Made by a program: the position numbers and the translations under genes. The notes beneath the pieces are model-generated. The model saw nothing but the letters and a program-made list of their open reading frames with translations, searched no databases and was not told where the DNA came from. DNA of 64,000 nucleotides. It comes from Spirochaetia bacterium. Its GTDB lineage: Bacteria; Spirochaetota; Spirochaetia; SZUA-6; Bin103. Below are positions 1 to 9,562 of the stretch, piece by piece. Where the stretch lies: positions 1,856,001-1,920,000 of the forward strand of contig OZ241907.1 in assembly GCA_965203515.1 (NCBI GenBank). Reading direction: 5' to 3'. Numbering within the stretch: position 1 is the stretch's first letter; the number at the start of each line of letters is the position of its first letter.

Positions 1-1
1 C

Positions 2-247
2 GCGCAGGTGCGGAAGCGCGACGTGTTCGCCAAGTACGGCGCCAAGGCGCGCGCGGTGCTCGACGCGCTGCTCACCAAGTACGCGGACGACGGCGTGCTC
101 AACCTCGACGATACGCTGATGTTACGGGTCCCTCCGTTGACCGAGCTCGGCACCACCGTGCAGCTCGTCAGGGCGTTCGGCGGCAAGGACCGCTTCGTCG
201 CGGCCGTTCACGACCTGCAGGACGCCCTCTATCGGGAGACCGCCTGA
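2..247 (+). CDS. hsdR: Type I restriction enzyme R subunit, C-terminal end (EcoEI/EcoAI-like), 5' truncated by window edge
   Basis: RKRDVFAKYGAKARAVLDALLTKYADDG...FGGK resembles the EcoEI_R_C domain; lies directly upstream of hsdM. Confidence 0.85.
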   Translation, partial: AQVRKRDVFAKYGAKARAVLDALLTKYADDGVLNLDDTLMLRVPPLTELGTTVQLVRAFGGKDRFVAAVHDLQDALYRETA

Positions 248-252
248 CAGCC

Positions 253-1710
253 ATGTCGGTGCGCACGCACATCAAGTCGATCCAGGACATCATGCGCCAG
301 GACACCGGTATCGACGGCGACGCCCAACGCATCAGCCAACTGTGCTGGATGTTCTTCCTCAAGATCATCGACGATCAGGACCAGGAGCTGGAACTGATCC
401 ACGACCACTACGAATCGCCGATCCCCCGGCGCTACCGGTGGAGCGCCTGGGCCGCGGACCCGGAGGGGATCACCGGCGAAGCGCTGCTCGACTTCGTCAA
501 CGCCGACCTGTTTCCTTCGCTGAAGGAGCTGCCGGCAGCGGGGGCGGGCGGCGGCCGCCGCCGCGTGGTGCGCGACGTGTTCGAGGACGCCTACAACTAC
601 ATGAAGTCCGGCCACCTGATGCGGCAGGTGGTCAACCGGATCAACGGCATCGACTTCAACGACCTGACCGACCGCCAGCACTTCGGCGACATCTACGAAC
701 ATTTGCTCAACGACCTGCAATCGGCGGGCAACGCCGGCGAGTACTATACGCCGCGCGCCGTCACCGCCTTCATGGTCGACCGCATCGACCCCCGGCCCGG
801 CGAAGTGCTGTTCGATCCCGCCTGCGGCACCGGCGGCTTCCTGACCTGCGCCCTGCGCCACATGCGCGAGCGCTACGTCAAGCGGCCGGACGACGAACCG
901 ACCATGCAGGGCGCGCTGCGCGCGGTGGAGAAGAAGCAGCTTCCGCACATGCTGTGCGTCACCAACATGCTGCTGCACGGCATCGCGGAGCCCGGCTTCG
1001 TGCGCCACGACAACTCGCTGGCCCGTCCCTACGTCAGTTGGGAGCGGAGCGATCGGGTCGACATCGTGCTCACCAATCCGCCGTTCGGCGGCAAGGAGGA
1101 GGACGGCATCGAGAGCAACTTTCCCGCCCACTTCCGCACCAAGGAGACCGCGGATCTGTTTCTGGCGCTCATCGTCCGCCTGCTGAAGCCGGGCGGGCGC
1201 GCCGCGGTCGTGCTGCCGGACGGATCGCTGTTCGGCGAAGGCGTCAAGACGCGCCTCAAGGAACACCTGATGGCGGAGTGCGACCTGCACACCATCGTGC
1301 GCCTGCCCAACTCCGTGTTCCGCCCCTACGCCTCGATCGGCACCAACCTGCTGTTCTTCGAGAAGGGCGAGCCGACCCGCGACCTCTGGTTCTACGAACA
1401 TCTGGTGCCCGCCGGACAGAAAGCCTATTCCATGACGCGGCCGATCCGCCTGGAACACCTGCAAGGCTGCATCGACTGGTGGGGCGGGCCGGAACGCCGC
1501 GGCCGCACCGAGACCGAACGAGCCTGGAAGGTGACCGCCGAGGAGGTGAAGGCGAGAGGCTACAACCTCGACGTCAAGAACCCGCACACCCGCCAAGACG
1601 ACCATGGCGATCCCGAGACGTTGCTGGCCGAGTTGACCGCCGCCGAGGCGGAAGCGGCGACCGTCCGCGACCGGTTGAAGGCGATGCTGGCCGGCGCCCT
1701 GACCCGATGA
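253..1710 (+). CDS. hsdM: Type I R-M N6-adenine methyltransferase M subunit
   Basis: 485 aa; HsdM N-terminal IQDIMRQDTG, GEYYTPR, SAM motif DPACGTGGFL, catalytic NPPF. Confidence 0.96.
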   Translation: MSVRTHIKSIQDIMRQDTGIDGDAQRISQLCWMFFLKIIDDQDQELELIHDHYESPIPRRYRWSAWAADPEGITGEALLDFVNADLFPSLKELPAAGAGGGRRRVVRDVFEDAYNYMKSGHLMRQVVNRINGIDFNDLTDRQHFGDIYEHLLNDLQSAGNAGEYYTPRAVTAFMVDRIDPRPGEVLFDPACGTGGFLTCALRHMRERYVKRPDDEPTMQGALRAVEKKQLPHMLCVTNMLLHGIAEPGFVRHDNSLARPYVSWERSDRVDIVLTNPPFGGKEEDGIESNFPAHFRTKETADLFLALIVRLLKPGGRAAVVLPDGSLFGEGVKTRLKEHLMAECDLHTIVRLPNSVFRPYASIGTNLLFFEKGEPTRDLWFYEHLVPAGQKAYSMTRPIRLEHLQGCIDWWGGPERRGRTETERAWKVTAEEVKARGYNLDVKNPHTRQDDHGDPETLLAELTAAEAEAATVRDRLKAMLAGALTR

Positions 1711-2600
1711 CCGCGCACCGTCTGCTCGCCCACTTCGATGCGGTCGTGGAAACGCCCGGCGCCGTGCAACGCCTGCGCCGCTTCATCCTCGATCTGGCCG
1801 TGCGCGGCAAACTGGTGCCGCAGGACCCGAACGACGAACCCGCTTCCGAGCTGCTGAAACTCATCACAAAGGAAAAGAATCGGCTGGTTGAGGCGAGAGA
1901 AATCAGGAAGCCTCGTGAGTATCATGGGCGTGATCTCCTTTCAGCACCTTTCGATATTCCATCTTGTTGGCTGTGGGTCAGGCTCGGAACAGTTGGAGCA
2001 GTCGTTGGAGGCGGAACTCCAGATGCAAGCGACTCCGACAACTTCACCGATCCCGGGACTGGAATTCCATGGCTGACCCCCGCGGACCTGGGACGACACC
2101 GGAAGTTATTCATATCGCGCGGGGCGCGTGATCTTACCGAGCAGGGACTTCGAGCGTCTTCGGCGACACGGATGCCCGCGGGAACCGTACTCTTTACGAG
2201 TCGGGCACCGATCGGTTACGTCGCGATTGCTCGCAACCCCATTTCGACCAATCAAGGGTTCAAGTCTGTCGTTCCTTACATTCAGGAATGCTCCCGGTTT
2301 ATCGCGGTCGTGCTGATGGCGTTCGCTCCGGAGATTGACGCGCACGCTCCTGGAACGACGTTCAGAGAAGTATCGGGCAAGATAATCGCTCGGTACCCGT
2401 TCCCACTCCCGCCCCTTGCCGAGCAGCACCGTATCGTCGCCAGAGTGGACGAACTGATGGCCTTGTGCGACCGGCTGGAGGAGCGCCTCGTCACCATGGA
2501 AGACACCCGCCGCCGCCTGCTCGACGCAATGCTGCATGAGGCTTTGTCGAACCCACCCGGTGCCTCTCCTCCGCACCGGGAGGAACGACGGTCAGCTTGA
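1707..2600 (+). CDS. hsdS: Type I R-M specificity subunit, half-size (one TRD)
   Basis: ATG overlaps hsdM stop (ATGA); ILDLAVRGKLVPQDPNDEPASELL, a lower-GC TRD (GGGTP...SRAPIG...TNQGF), PLPPLAEQHRIVARVDELM; 297 aa. Confidence 0.9.
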   Translation: MTAHRLLAHFDAVVETPGAVQRLRRFILDLAVRGKLVPQDPNDEPASELLKLITKEKNRLVEAREIRKPREYHGRDLLSAPFDIPSCWLWVRLGTVGAVVGGGTPDASDSDNFTDPGTGIPWLTPADLGRHRKLFISRGARDLTEQGLRASSATRMPAGTVLFTSRAPIGYVAIARNPISTNQGFKSVVPYIQECSRFIAVVLMAFAPEIDAHAPGTTFREVSGKIIARYPFPLPPLAEQHRIVARVDELMALCDRLEERLVTMEDTRRRLLDAMLHEALSNPPGASPPHREERRSA

Positions 2601-2619
2601 GACGTTGAAGGAGAAGGCT

Positions 2620-4104
2620 TTGCAACCTACGAAGATCGTTGCGCACACGAAGTTTCGGATTGCACCGGTCGATCCCCGCGTGTTCGGCGGGTTCCTCGAG
2701 CATATGGGACGCGCGGTGTACCAGGGAATCTACGATCCCGACAGCGCCCACGCGGATGCCGACGGCTGCCGGGCGGACGTGCTGGCCGCGCTGCGGCGGT
2801 TGAACATGACGGCGATGCGCTATCCGGGCGGCAACTTCGTCTCCGGCTACCACTGGCAGGACGGCGTCGGCCCGCGCGCCAGACGCCCGACGGTGCGCGA
2901 TTTGGCGTGGCAGAGCATCGAGCCGAACCGGTTCGGCACCGACGAGTACGTCCGCCTGTGCCGGACCATGGGCTGGACGCCGATGCTCACGGTCAATCTC
3001 GGCACCGGTACGCCGGAAGAAGCGCGCGACTGGGTCGAGTACTGCAACTGCCCGCCGGGCACCCGCTACGCCGACCTGCGCGCGGCGCACGGCAGCCGCG
3101 AACCGCATGCGGTGAAGCTGTGGTGCCTGGGCAACGAGATGGACGGCCCCTGGCAGCTCGGCCACGTTCCGGCCGACCAGTACGCGATCCGCGCCCGGCA
3201 GGCCGCCAAGATGATGAAGGATGCCGATGCCTCCATCGAGCTGGTCGCATGCGGATCGTGCGGCGTCGGGCTGCCCACCTACATGGATTGGGACCGGGAG
3301 GTCCTGACCCGCCTGGGCGGCCTGGCGGACTACGTCAGCCTGCATCGGTACGTCGGCAATCCGGACGGCGACACGCCGGATTACCTCGCGGTCACCGCGT
3401 CGATCGATCGCCAGATCGAGGAGATGGACGCGGTCTGCCGCTTTGCGCAGGCGCGAGCGCGCAGCCGCAAGCGCGCCTTCCTGTGCTTCGACGAGTGGAA
3501 CGTGTGGTACAAGAACCGCCAAACCGACGGCGCCGGCAAGTTCGCCCCCCACTTGATCGAGGAGGTCTACAACCTGGAGGACGCGCTGGTGGTGGCCGGG
3601 TTCCTGCACAGCTTCGTGCGCCATGCCGACGTGGTGAAGATCGCCAACCTCGCGCAGATCGTTAACGTGATCGCCCCCATCCAGACGCGCGGCGACGAGC
3701 TGCTCATCCAGAGCATCTTCTATCCGTTCGAGATGTTCTCCAAGCGCCGCGCCGGCGTTGCCCTGCAACTGGCGGTGGACGGCCCGAGCTACGCCGGCGC
3801 GAGCAACGGCCGCGTGCCGTTCGTCGATGCCAGCGCCATCCTCGACGGCAGCGCGCTGCAGCTCTTTCTCACCAACCGCAGCGTCGACACGGCCGCGGAC
3901 GTGACCCTGGCGCCGGCCGACGTGTCGGTCACCGCCTGCCGCAGCGCCGAGGGGCTGACCGGGCCGGATGCCAAGGCGGCCAATTCATTGGAACGGGGCG
4001 ACCTCGTCAAGCCGGAGCCGTTCGAGGTCCGGGTGTGCGCCGGCCGCGCCTCCTGTCAGCTACCGCCGCTGTCGTTCGTTGCCATGACGCTGCAATGCGG
4101 CTGA
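2620..4104 (+). CDS. abfA: Alpha-L-arabinofuranosidase, GH51
   Basis: RYPGGNF, GNEMDG (acid/base), FDEWNVW (nucleophile), AQIVNVI; TTG start after AAGGAG. Confidence 0.9.
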   Translation: MQPTKIVAHTKFRIAPVDPRVFGGFLEHMGRAVYQGIYDPDSAHADADGCRADVLAALRRLNMTAMRYPGGNFVSGYHWQDGVGPRARRPTVRDLAWQSIEPNRFGTDEYVRLCRTMGWTPMLTVNLGTGTPEEARDWVEYCNCPPGTRYADLRAAHGSREPHAVKLWCLGNEMDGPWQLGHVPADQYAIRARQAAKMMKDADASIELVACGSCGVGLPTYMDWDREVLTRLGGLADYVSLHRYVGNPDGDTPDYLAVTASIDRQIEEMDAVCRFAQARARSRKRAFLCFDEWNVWYKNRQTDGAGKFAPHLIEEVYNLEDALVVAGFLHSFVRHADVVKIANLAQIVNVIAPIQTRGDELLIQSIFYPFEMFSKRRAGVALQLAVDGPSYAGASNGRVPFVDASAILDGSALQLFLTNRSVDTAADVTLAPADVSVTACRSAEGLTGPDAKAANSLERGDLVKPEPFEVRVCAGRASCQLPPLSFVAMTLQCG

Positions 4105-4159
4105 CGGAGCGGCGATCCGGCGGCGTCCATTCAGGACGCTACGCGCGCGATCGCCAAGC

Positions 4160-5275
4160 TTAGGTGCCGGCGCCGTTGTCGTCGAACTGCTGCTTGAGGC
4201 GCCGGAAGGCGGCCTCGTCGATGCCGGTGGCCGCCTCGATGGTCGACCACGGGACATCGCGGCCCAGCAATCCCTGGATGGTTTGCAACCGACCTCTCAG
4301 TTCGCCTTCCTGACGGCCTTCCTGGCGGCCTTCCTGACGGCCTTCCTGGCGGCCTTCCTGACGGCCTTCCTGACGGCCTTCCTGACGGCCCTTCAACTCG
4401 CCTTCCCGGCGGCCTTGCTCGACCATCCGTTCCACGTTGACCATACCTTCCCGGCGGCCTCGCTCGACCATCTGTTCCACGTAGTTCATCAGCTCTCCTC
4501 CACGGCCCGGCACGTTGCGGCGCAGCGCCGCCCCGAACGCCGGTCGCCGTTCCTCCGGCTGCGCCGCCAGCACGTACTCCACGTGCAGCGCTACCTCGTC
4601 GATCCCGGCAGCCCGGTACATCTCCCCCATCAACCGCGTCGCCTGGTCCAGCAACTCCTCCCACGTCTCGCGGAACGTGGCCATCATTGCGAGCTGCGCC
4701 AACCGCGTTCCCACCGACCCCGCCACCGTCTCCGGGTTCTGCCGCGTCTGGTCGATCAGCAGGTGCTCGAACCGCGGCACCCAGCCCCAGTCCGGCTCCG
4801 AGTCCGCAACCAGCTCCGCGAACTGCCGATCATGCCGCCACGGCTCCGCTCCCTGATAGAATACCACCGGCACGATCAGCGGCAACTGCGGCTCGTTCTC
4901 GTGCTCCCGGTGCCACCTCATCCAGGCCAGCAGGCAGTAGTTCAGCAACCGCAGCCGCATCCACCGGTCCGGCGTGGACTGATGTTCGAGCAGCACGTAG
5001 ACGAGCACCGGCGGACCGGAATCCTGCCGCTCGACCGAGAACAGCAGGTCGGCCTCCCGGCCGCGCCAGTCGTCGCTGACGAAGCGGCCGGGCACGTGGG
5101 TGAGGGTGGACCACCGCAGCGTGCGGGCGACCTCCTGCGGAAGGTGGGGGCGCAACAGGCCGGCGGCGTTCCGGGTATCGGAGAACACGCCGTAGAAGTA
5201 CTTGTCGTGCGGATGGCTGACCGGCGTCTCCGCCGCGGCGGACTCCGGTCGGTCCGGCGCCTGATCGTCGGCCAT
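4160..5275 (-). CDS. Rpn family recombination-promoting nuclease / YhgA-like putative transposase
   Basis: HPHDKYF, ADLLFSV, LLEHQS, PLIVPVVFYQG; C-terminal GRQE repeats typical of the family. Confidence 0.9.
   Translation of the reverse strand: MADDQAPDRPESAAAETPVSHPHDKYFYGVFSDTRNAAGLLRPHLPQEVARTLRWSTLTHVPGRFVSDDWRGREADLLFSVERQDSGPPVLVYVLLEHQSTPDRWMRLRLLNYCLLAWMRWHREHENEPQLPLIVPVVFYQGAEPWRHDRQFAELVADSEPDWGWVPRFEHLLIDQTRQNPETVAGSVGTRLAQLAMMATFRETWEELLDQATRLMGEMYRAAGIDEVALHVEYVLAAQPEERRPAFGAALRRNVPGRGGELMNYVEQMVERGRREGMVNVERMVEQGRREGELKGRQEGRQEGRQEGRQEGRQEGRQEGRQEGELRGRLQTIQGLLGRDVPWSTIEAATGIDEAAFRRLKQQFDDNGAGT
4307..4390 (-). repeat. 12-bp tandem repeat x7 encoding (GRQE)7 in the Rpn C-terminus
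   Basis: Units ttcctg(a/g)cggcc read directly. Confidence 0.95.
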
Positions 5276-5289
5276 GAGACCCGGCGGCG

Positions 5290-5318
5290 ACCGTAGCCCC
5301 GGGATGACCCGGCGTCAA
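5290..5318 (-). promoter_or_regulatory. Putative sigma70 promoter of the Rpn gene
   Basis: Minus strand TTGACG-N17-TACGGT, 14 nt before the ATG. Confidence 0.55.
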
Positions 5319-5379
5319 GCCGGCGCGGGTCGCAACATTCGGACGCCCGCGTAACCGCGGGTTGGCCGCTGCGCTCCTT

Positions 5380-5535
5380 GGTCTCCGGCAGACCCGCGCC
5401 TACATGGACCGCTGCGCCGCGGCGGAAGGGCATCTGGTGATCTTCGACCGCCGATCCGGCACGCCGTGGGAGCGCAAGCTGTACCGCCGCGACGAAACGG
5501 AGGGCGGCGCGCCGGTCACCGTGTGGGGGATGTGA
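5380..5535 (+). pseudogene. C-terminal remnant of an AAA-ATPase/PD-(D/E)XK-type ATP-binding protein
   Basis: Translates GLRQTRAYMDRCAAAEGHLVIFDRRSGTPWERKLYRRDETEGGAPVTVWGM*, the end I recall for this family; rest of gene absent. Confidence 0.7.
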
Positions 5536-5617
5536 CCGTCAAGCTGAGCACCGGCGCCGGCCGGCCGCGCGGCGGCCTTGGACAAAACGGCGAAAATCCG
5601 GTTCGATTGGTCCTGTC

Positions 5618-6520
5618 ATGGCTACCGAACACAAACAGAAGGCGAGCACGACCGCCATCCTGGTGGCGGCGATCCGGGCGAGCCACTTGATCTGGAACCA
5701 ACCGGCGATCTTCTCCGACACCTACGCGCTGCAGATGGTGACGCCGTTCTGGCGGCAGGTCGCCAAGAACCGAGTGCTGAACTGGCTCATCAAGGACGCC
5801 CTGCTGGGGGTGCTCAAGCCGATCCACACCGAGGCGATTCTGCGCGTTCGCTTCACGGAGGACCGGCTCCGCGAAGCGGTCTCCGGGGGCGTCGGCCAAT
5901 ACGTGATCCTGGGCGCCGGGCTCGACACCTTCTCCCTGCGCCAGGGCGACCTTGCCGGCCGCCTGCGCATCTTCGAGGTCGACCAGCCGGCCTCCCAGGG
6001 CATGAAGCGCGAACGGGTGACCGCCGTCAACGGCAGCGTCCCCGACAACCTGACGTTCGTGCCGGTCGACTTCGAGACCGACCACCTGGACGAGGCGCTG
6101 CGCCGCTCCGGCTTCGACGCCGACACGCCCGCGTTCTTCTCCTGGCTGGGAACCACCTACTACCTGACCGGGAAAGCGATCAGCGATACGCTCGACCGCA
6201 TCTCCTCGCTTGCCGCCCCCGGCAGCCACATCGTCTTCGACTACAAGTACCCGCGCGAGATGGTGCCGCCGGACGGGATCGAGTTCACCGAGAAGCTGGA
6301 GAAGTTCGTGGCGCGCCGCGGGGAGCCGATGATCTCGACGTTCACCCCCGACGACATGAAAGCCGAACTGGCGCGGGTCGGCTTCGAGGAGGTCGACAGC
6401 GTGTCGCCTGCCGAGGCGACCGAGCGCTATCTGCAGGGGCGCACCGACATGCCCGCTCCGGCCCCCAACTTCGCGTTCGCGCTGTTCGCAAAGAAGCCAG
6501 GGAAGCCAGGGAAGAAGTAG
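5618..6520 (+). CDS. SAM-dependent methyltransferase, LCM/TIGR00027-like
   Basis: QYVILGAGLDT, FEVDQP, VPVDFE, WLGTTYYL. Confidence 0.9.
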   Translation: MATEHKQKASTTAILVAAIRASHLIWNQPAIFSDTYALQMVTPFWRQVAKNRVLNWLIKDALLGVLKPIHTEAILRVRFTEDRLREAVSGGVGQYVILGAGLDTFSLRQGDLAGRLRIFEVDQPASQGMKRERVTAVNGSVPDNLTFVPVDFETDHLDEALRRSGFDADTPAFFSWLGTTYYLTGKAISDTLDRISSLAAPGSHIVFDYKYPREMVPPDGIEFTEKLEKFVARRGEPMISTFTPDDMKAELARVGFEEVDSVSPAEATERYLQGRTDMPAPAPNFAFALFAKKPGKPGKK

Positions 6521-6528
6521 AACGCTCG

Positions 6529-7803
6529 TCACGGCGCCCACATGACCCGGTTCGACAACAGGTCAGAGCAGGTCGAACCGGCGGGACCTGCCGTATAGAT
6601 GATGCCGGGAGCGGCGGGCGGCGGCCCGATCCCCAGGGGGCGTTCAAGATGCGGAAACCAGTGGGCCGTCCGGGGATCGGTCGTGCTCACCTGTTCCACC
6701 GCGAAGGTGGCGCCGCCGTCGGCGGACGCGAAGCGCACGACCTCGCTGGCCGGATGACCCCACGGCGCTGCGTCCGAAACCGTTTCGGTGGTCGTCACGC
6801 CGACCAGCCGACCCCCGGCGTCGAACACGATACTCGGCGCCAGCCCGAAGCAACGCCCCGGTTCGAGCTCCACCCGCTCGTTCAGGACGATGCGGCGCCA
6901 ATTTCCGTCACCTGCGGGCGAGCAGAGGGTATTGGTGCCCACGCCGCCGGCCCACTCGCTATGGATCAGCCATGGCGCGCCGTCGGCGGCGACCGCCATC
7001 GCCCCGGCCGCCACGGCGCTCCCGTGATCTACGCCGCCGGCGGCGATCACGTCGACGCTCTCGGCCGTCGCGGGCAGACGCACCGGAGTCCCGTCCGAGC
7101 GCCGCCAGGTCCGCCCGGCGTCCGGGCTGAAGAGGTAGCCGACGGTCTGCAGTCGGCCGTACGCCCCGGCGTCCGACTTCTCGTGGAAGCGAAGCGCCAT
7201 ATGCAGGCCCCGGCGGTCCGGTCCCCAGGCATAGGACTCTCCGAAGTGGGTGTAGTCGGGATGGCGTGAGCGCGCCAGCACCAGCGGCTCGCTCCATGCT
7301 CCGCCGGCGCTCTTGCGCAGCAGATGGAGCTCCCAGGGCCGCGCGTGCCCCAGCCTCCGTCGATCCGACAGGAAGCTGCGCCGGCAGCTCAGCAGGAGCT
7401 CGTCGCCGGCGCCCACGAGGAGCTTCGGGTAGGTGTAGTCGCTGCCGATCAGCTCCTCGTCGGTCCATGCCGAGGCGTCGCCGGGGCGCAGGGATCGCCG
7501 GTACCGGATCGCGTGGTGGTGCGGGTAATAGGCGACGTGCAGGTACCCCCGGCTGTCGCACGCCAGTGCCGGGCCGCCGTGGTTGTCATACGCCTCGCCG
7601 ATGGTGTGGGTCTCCGACCAGCTTCCGCTCCTGCGGTCGAGGGTGCGTATCCGCACGCGAAACCCTTCGGCAACCGAGTCGAGCCAGGCGACGTGCACCA
7701 GGTCGCCAACCGTGACGATCTTGTTCTCCTGGGGGTACGCGGTGGCGCGACCGCACCCGTCGACGGAGAGTGGCTGTTCCGGCGCGGACGGCCTTTGCAT
7801 CAT
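6529..7803 (-). CDS. BNR-4/Asp-box repeat beta-propeller protein (sialidase-like fold)
   Basis: DNHGGPAL..D..GYLHVAY.PHH, TYPKL, Asp-boxes SPDAGRTW and SADGGATF; start set at ATG 7803. Confidence 0.75.
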   Translation of the reverse strand: MMQRPSAPEQPLSVDGCGRATAYPQENKIVTVGDLVHVAWLDSVAEGFRVRIRTLDRRSGSWSETHTIGEAYDNHGGPALACDSRGYLHVAYYPHHHAIRYRRSLRPGDASAWTDEELIGSDYTYPKLLVGAGDELLLSCRRSFLSDRRRLGHARPWELHLLRKSAGGAWSEPLVLARSRHPDYTHFGESYAWGPDRRGLHMALRFHEKSDAGAYGRLQTVGYLFSPDAGRTWRRSDGTPVRLPATAESVDVIAAGGVDHGSAVAAGAMAVAADGAPWLIHSEWAGGVGTNTLCSPAGDGNWRRIVLNERVELEPGRCFGLAPSIVFDAGGRLVGVTTTETVSDAAPWGHPASEVVRFASADGGATFAVEQVSTTDPRTAHWFPHLERPLGIGPPPAAPGIIYTAGPAGSTCSDLLSNRVMWAP

Positions 7804-7869
7804 GGACACTCCGTGACCGACCATAGCACGCGGCGGGGATCGGGAAATGCGCGGGTTTGGCGGGACGGG

Positions 7870-8436
7870 ATGAGCGGCGGCCCCGGAGTACCGGCGAACG
7901 CGCCGCGGCAGCTCGGCATGACCATTCGCCGCGACCGGCTGCTCCGGCTCTCCGCCATGCCGGTGCCCGAAGGGTACGTGCTGCGCAGGTGCCGGGCGAG
8001 CGACGGCGCCGGCATCGCCCGCGTGCTGGATGCCTGCGGCTTCGAGGGGTGGACGCCCGGGCGAGTCGCCGACTACATGGCCGAACCCGAGCGCGGCCAA
8101 GGCTCGCGCGTCGTCGCCTGCGGCGCCCGGATCGTCGCCTCCACCTTTGCCTCCTGGCAGGAGCTGGGCCGCTGCGGCGTACTGGACTACGTGGCCTGTC
8201 ACCCGGATCACCGACGGCGGGGGCTCGGCCGCGCCGTCTGCTGCGGGGTGCTCGACTTCTTCGCGCGGCGCGGCTACGAATCGGTCACGTTGTTGACCGA
8301 CGACGTCAGACTGGCGGCGATCGCCCTCTACCTTTCGCTGGGCTTCGCGCCCGACCTGACGCACGAAGGCGCTCCGGATCACTGGAAGAAGATCATGCGC
8401 CGGCTCGGGCGCAAGGGCATGCAGGCGGCGCCGTGA
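7870..8436 (+). CDS. GNAT family N-acetyltransferase
   Basis: VACHPDHRRRGLG motif A and AIALYLSLGF motif B; start uncertain (7870 or 7918). Confidence 0.85.
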   Translation: MSGGPGVPANAPRQLGMTIRRDRLLRLSAMPVPEGYVLRRCRASDGAGIARVLDACGFEGWTPGRVADYMAEPERGQGSRVVACGARIVASTFASWQELGRCGVLDYVACHPDHRRRGLGRAVCCGVLDFFARRGYESVTLLTDDVRLAAIALYLSLGFAPDLTHEGAPDHWKKIMRRLGRKGMQAAP

Positions 8437-8443
8437 GGAGCCG

Positions 8444-9562
8444 ATGAGCGCGCGGCAGGCCGCCATCGACGTCGGCATCGTCGGCGCGGCCGGTCGGGGC
8501 GGCCGGCTCCGGCAGGCGTTCGAGCTGCTCGATCGGGTGCGGATCACGGCGGTGTGCGACATCGATCCCGACGGCCTGGAGCGCGCCCGGCGCGAGCTTG
8601 GCGCGTCCGAGCGGTACCTCGACTACGACGAGATGCTTGAGCGCGCGAAGCCGGACGCGGTCGTCATCGGCACGCCGATGCCGCTCCATGCGCCGCAGGC
8701 GATCGCGGCGCTCGAGCGCGGCGTGCACGTGCTGAGCGAGGTTCCCGCCGCCGTCTCGATCGAGGAGTGCCGGCGTCTGGTGCAGGCGTGCCGCGGCAGT
8801 CGGGCGAGCTACATGCTGGGCGAGAACGTCGCCTATACCCGCCCCAACATGATCGTGCGGGAGCTGGTGCGCAGGGGCGAGTTCGGCGTCCCGTACTATG
8901 CCGAAGGCGAATACCTGCACGAGCTGAAAGGCCTGAACGAGGTCACCAGGTGGCGGCGGCGGTGGCAGACCGGGATCAACGGCGTGACCTATGGGACCCA
9001 CAGCCTGGGGCCGATCCTGCAGTGGATGCCGGGCGATCGCGTCACCGCCGTGTGCTGCGCCGGCAGCGGCCATCACTACCGGGACCCGCGGGGCGACGAG
9101 TACGAGAACGAAGACTCCTGCGTGATGCTGTGCCGCATGCGCTCCGGAGGCTTGGTGAAGATACGGGTCGACATGCTTTCGGATCGGCCGCACGCGATGA
9201 TGAACTTCCAGTTGCAGGGTACCGATGGCTGCTACGAGTCCCGCCGCGCTCCCGCCGAACGGGACCGTATCTGGTTGCGGTCGCGCTCACCGGACGCCGA
9301 CGCGTGGCTCGATCTGGAGGAGGTGGCCGAGTCGTTCCTGCCGGAACCGTGGCGGACCTGGGGCGAGGCGGGGCGGACGGCCGGCCACGGCGGCGGCGAC
9401 CTCTTCGAGATGATCGATTTCCTGAGCGCGGTCCGCAGCGGCGCGCCGCCGCGCCTCGGCATCCACGAGGCGATGGACATGACGATCCCCGGCCTGATCA
9501 GCCAACGGTCGATCGCCGCGGACGGCCGCTGGCTTCCGGTCCCCGATTCCCGGCAGTGGTGA
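8444..9562 (+). CDS. Gfo/Idh/MocA family oxidoreductase
   Basis: VGIVGAAGRG, GTPMPLH, HVLSEVP, GHGGGD; GAGGAG RBS. Confidence 0.92.
   Translation: MSARQAAIDVGIVGAAGRGGRLRQAFELLDRVRITAVCDIDPDGLERARRELGASERYLDYDEMLERAKPDAVVIGTPMPLHAPQAIAALERGVHVLSEVPAAVSIEECRRLVQACRGSRASYMLGENVAYTRPNMIVRELVRRGEFGVPYYAEGEYLHELKGLNEVTRWRRRWQTGINGVTYGTHSLGPILQWMPGDRVTAVCCAGSGHHYRDPRGDEYENEDSCVMLCRMRSGGLVKIRVDMLSDRPHAMMNFQLQGTDGCYESRRAPAERDRIWLRSRSPDADAWLDLEEVAESFLPEPWRTWGEAGRTAGHGGGDLFEMIDFLSAVRSGAPPRLGIHEAMDMTIPGLISQRSIAADGRWLPVPDSRQW

Noticed and set aside
342..1706. 752-aa ORF as a long HsdS
   Set aside because: The first 455 codons overlap hsdM in another frame and are low-complexity; HsdS similarity begins at ATG 1707.
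4160..5275. Rpn gene as an IS element
   Set aside because: No terminal inverted repeats or target duplication seen; Rpn proteins are not established transposases.
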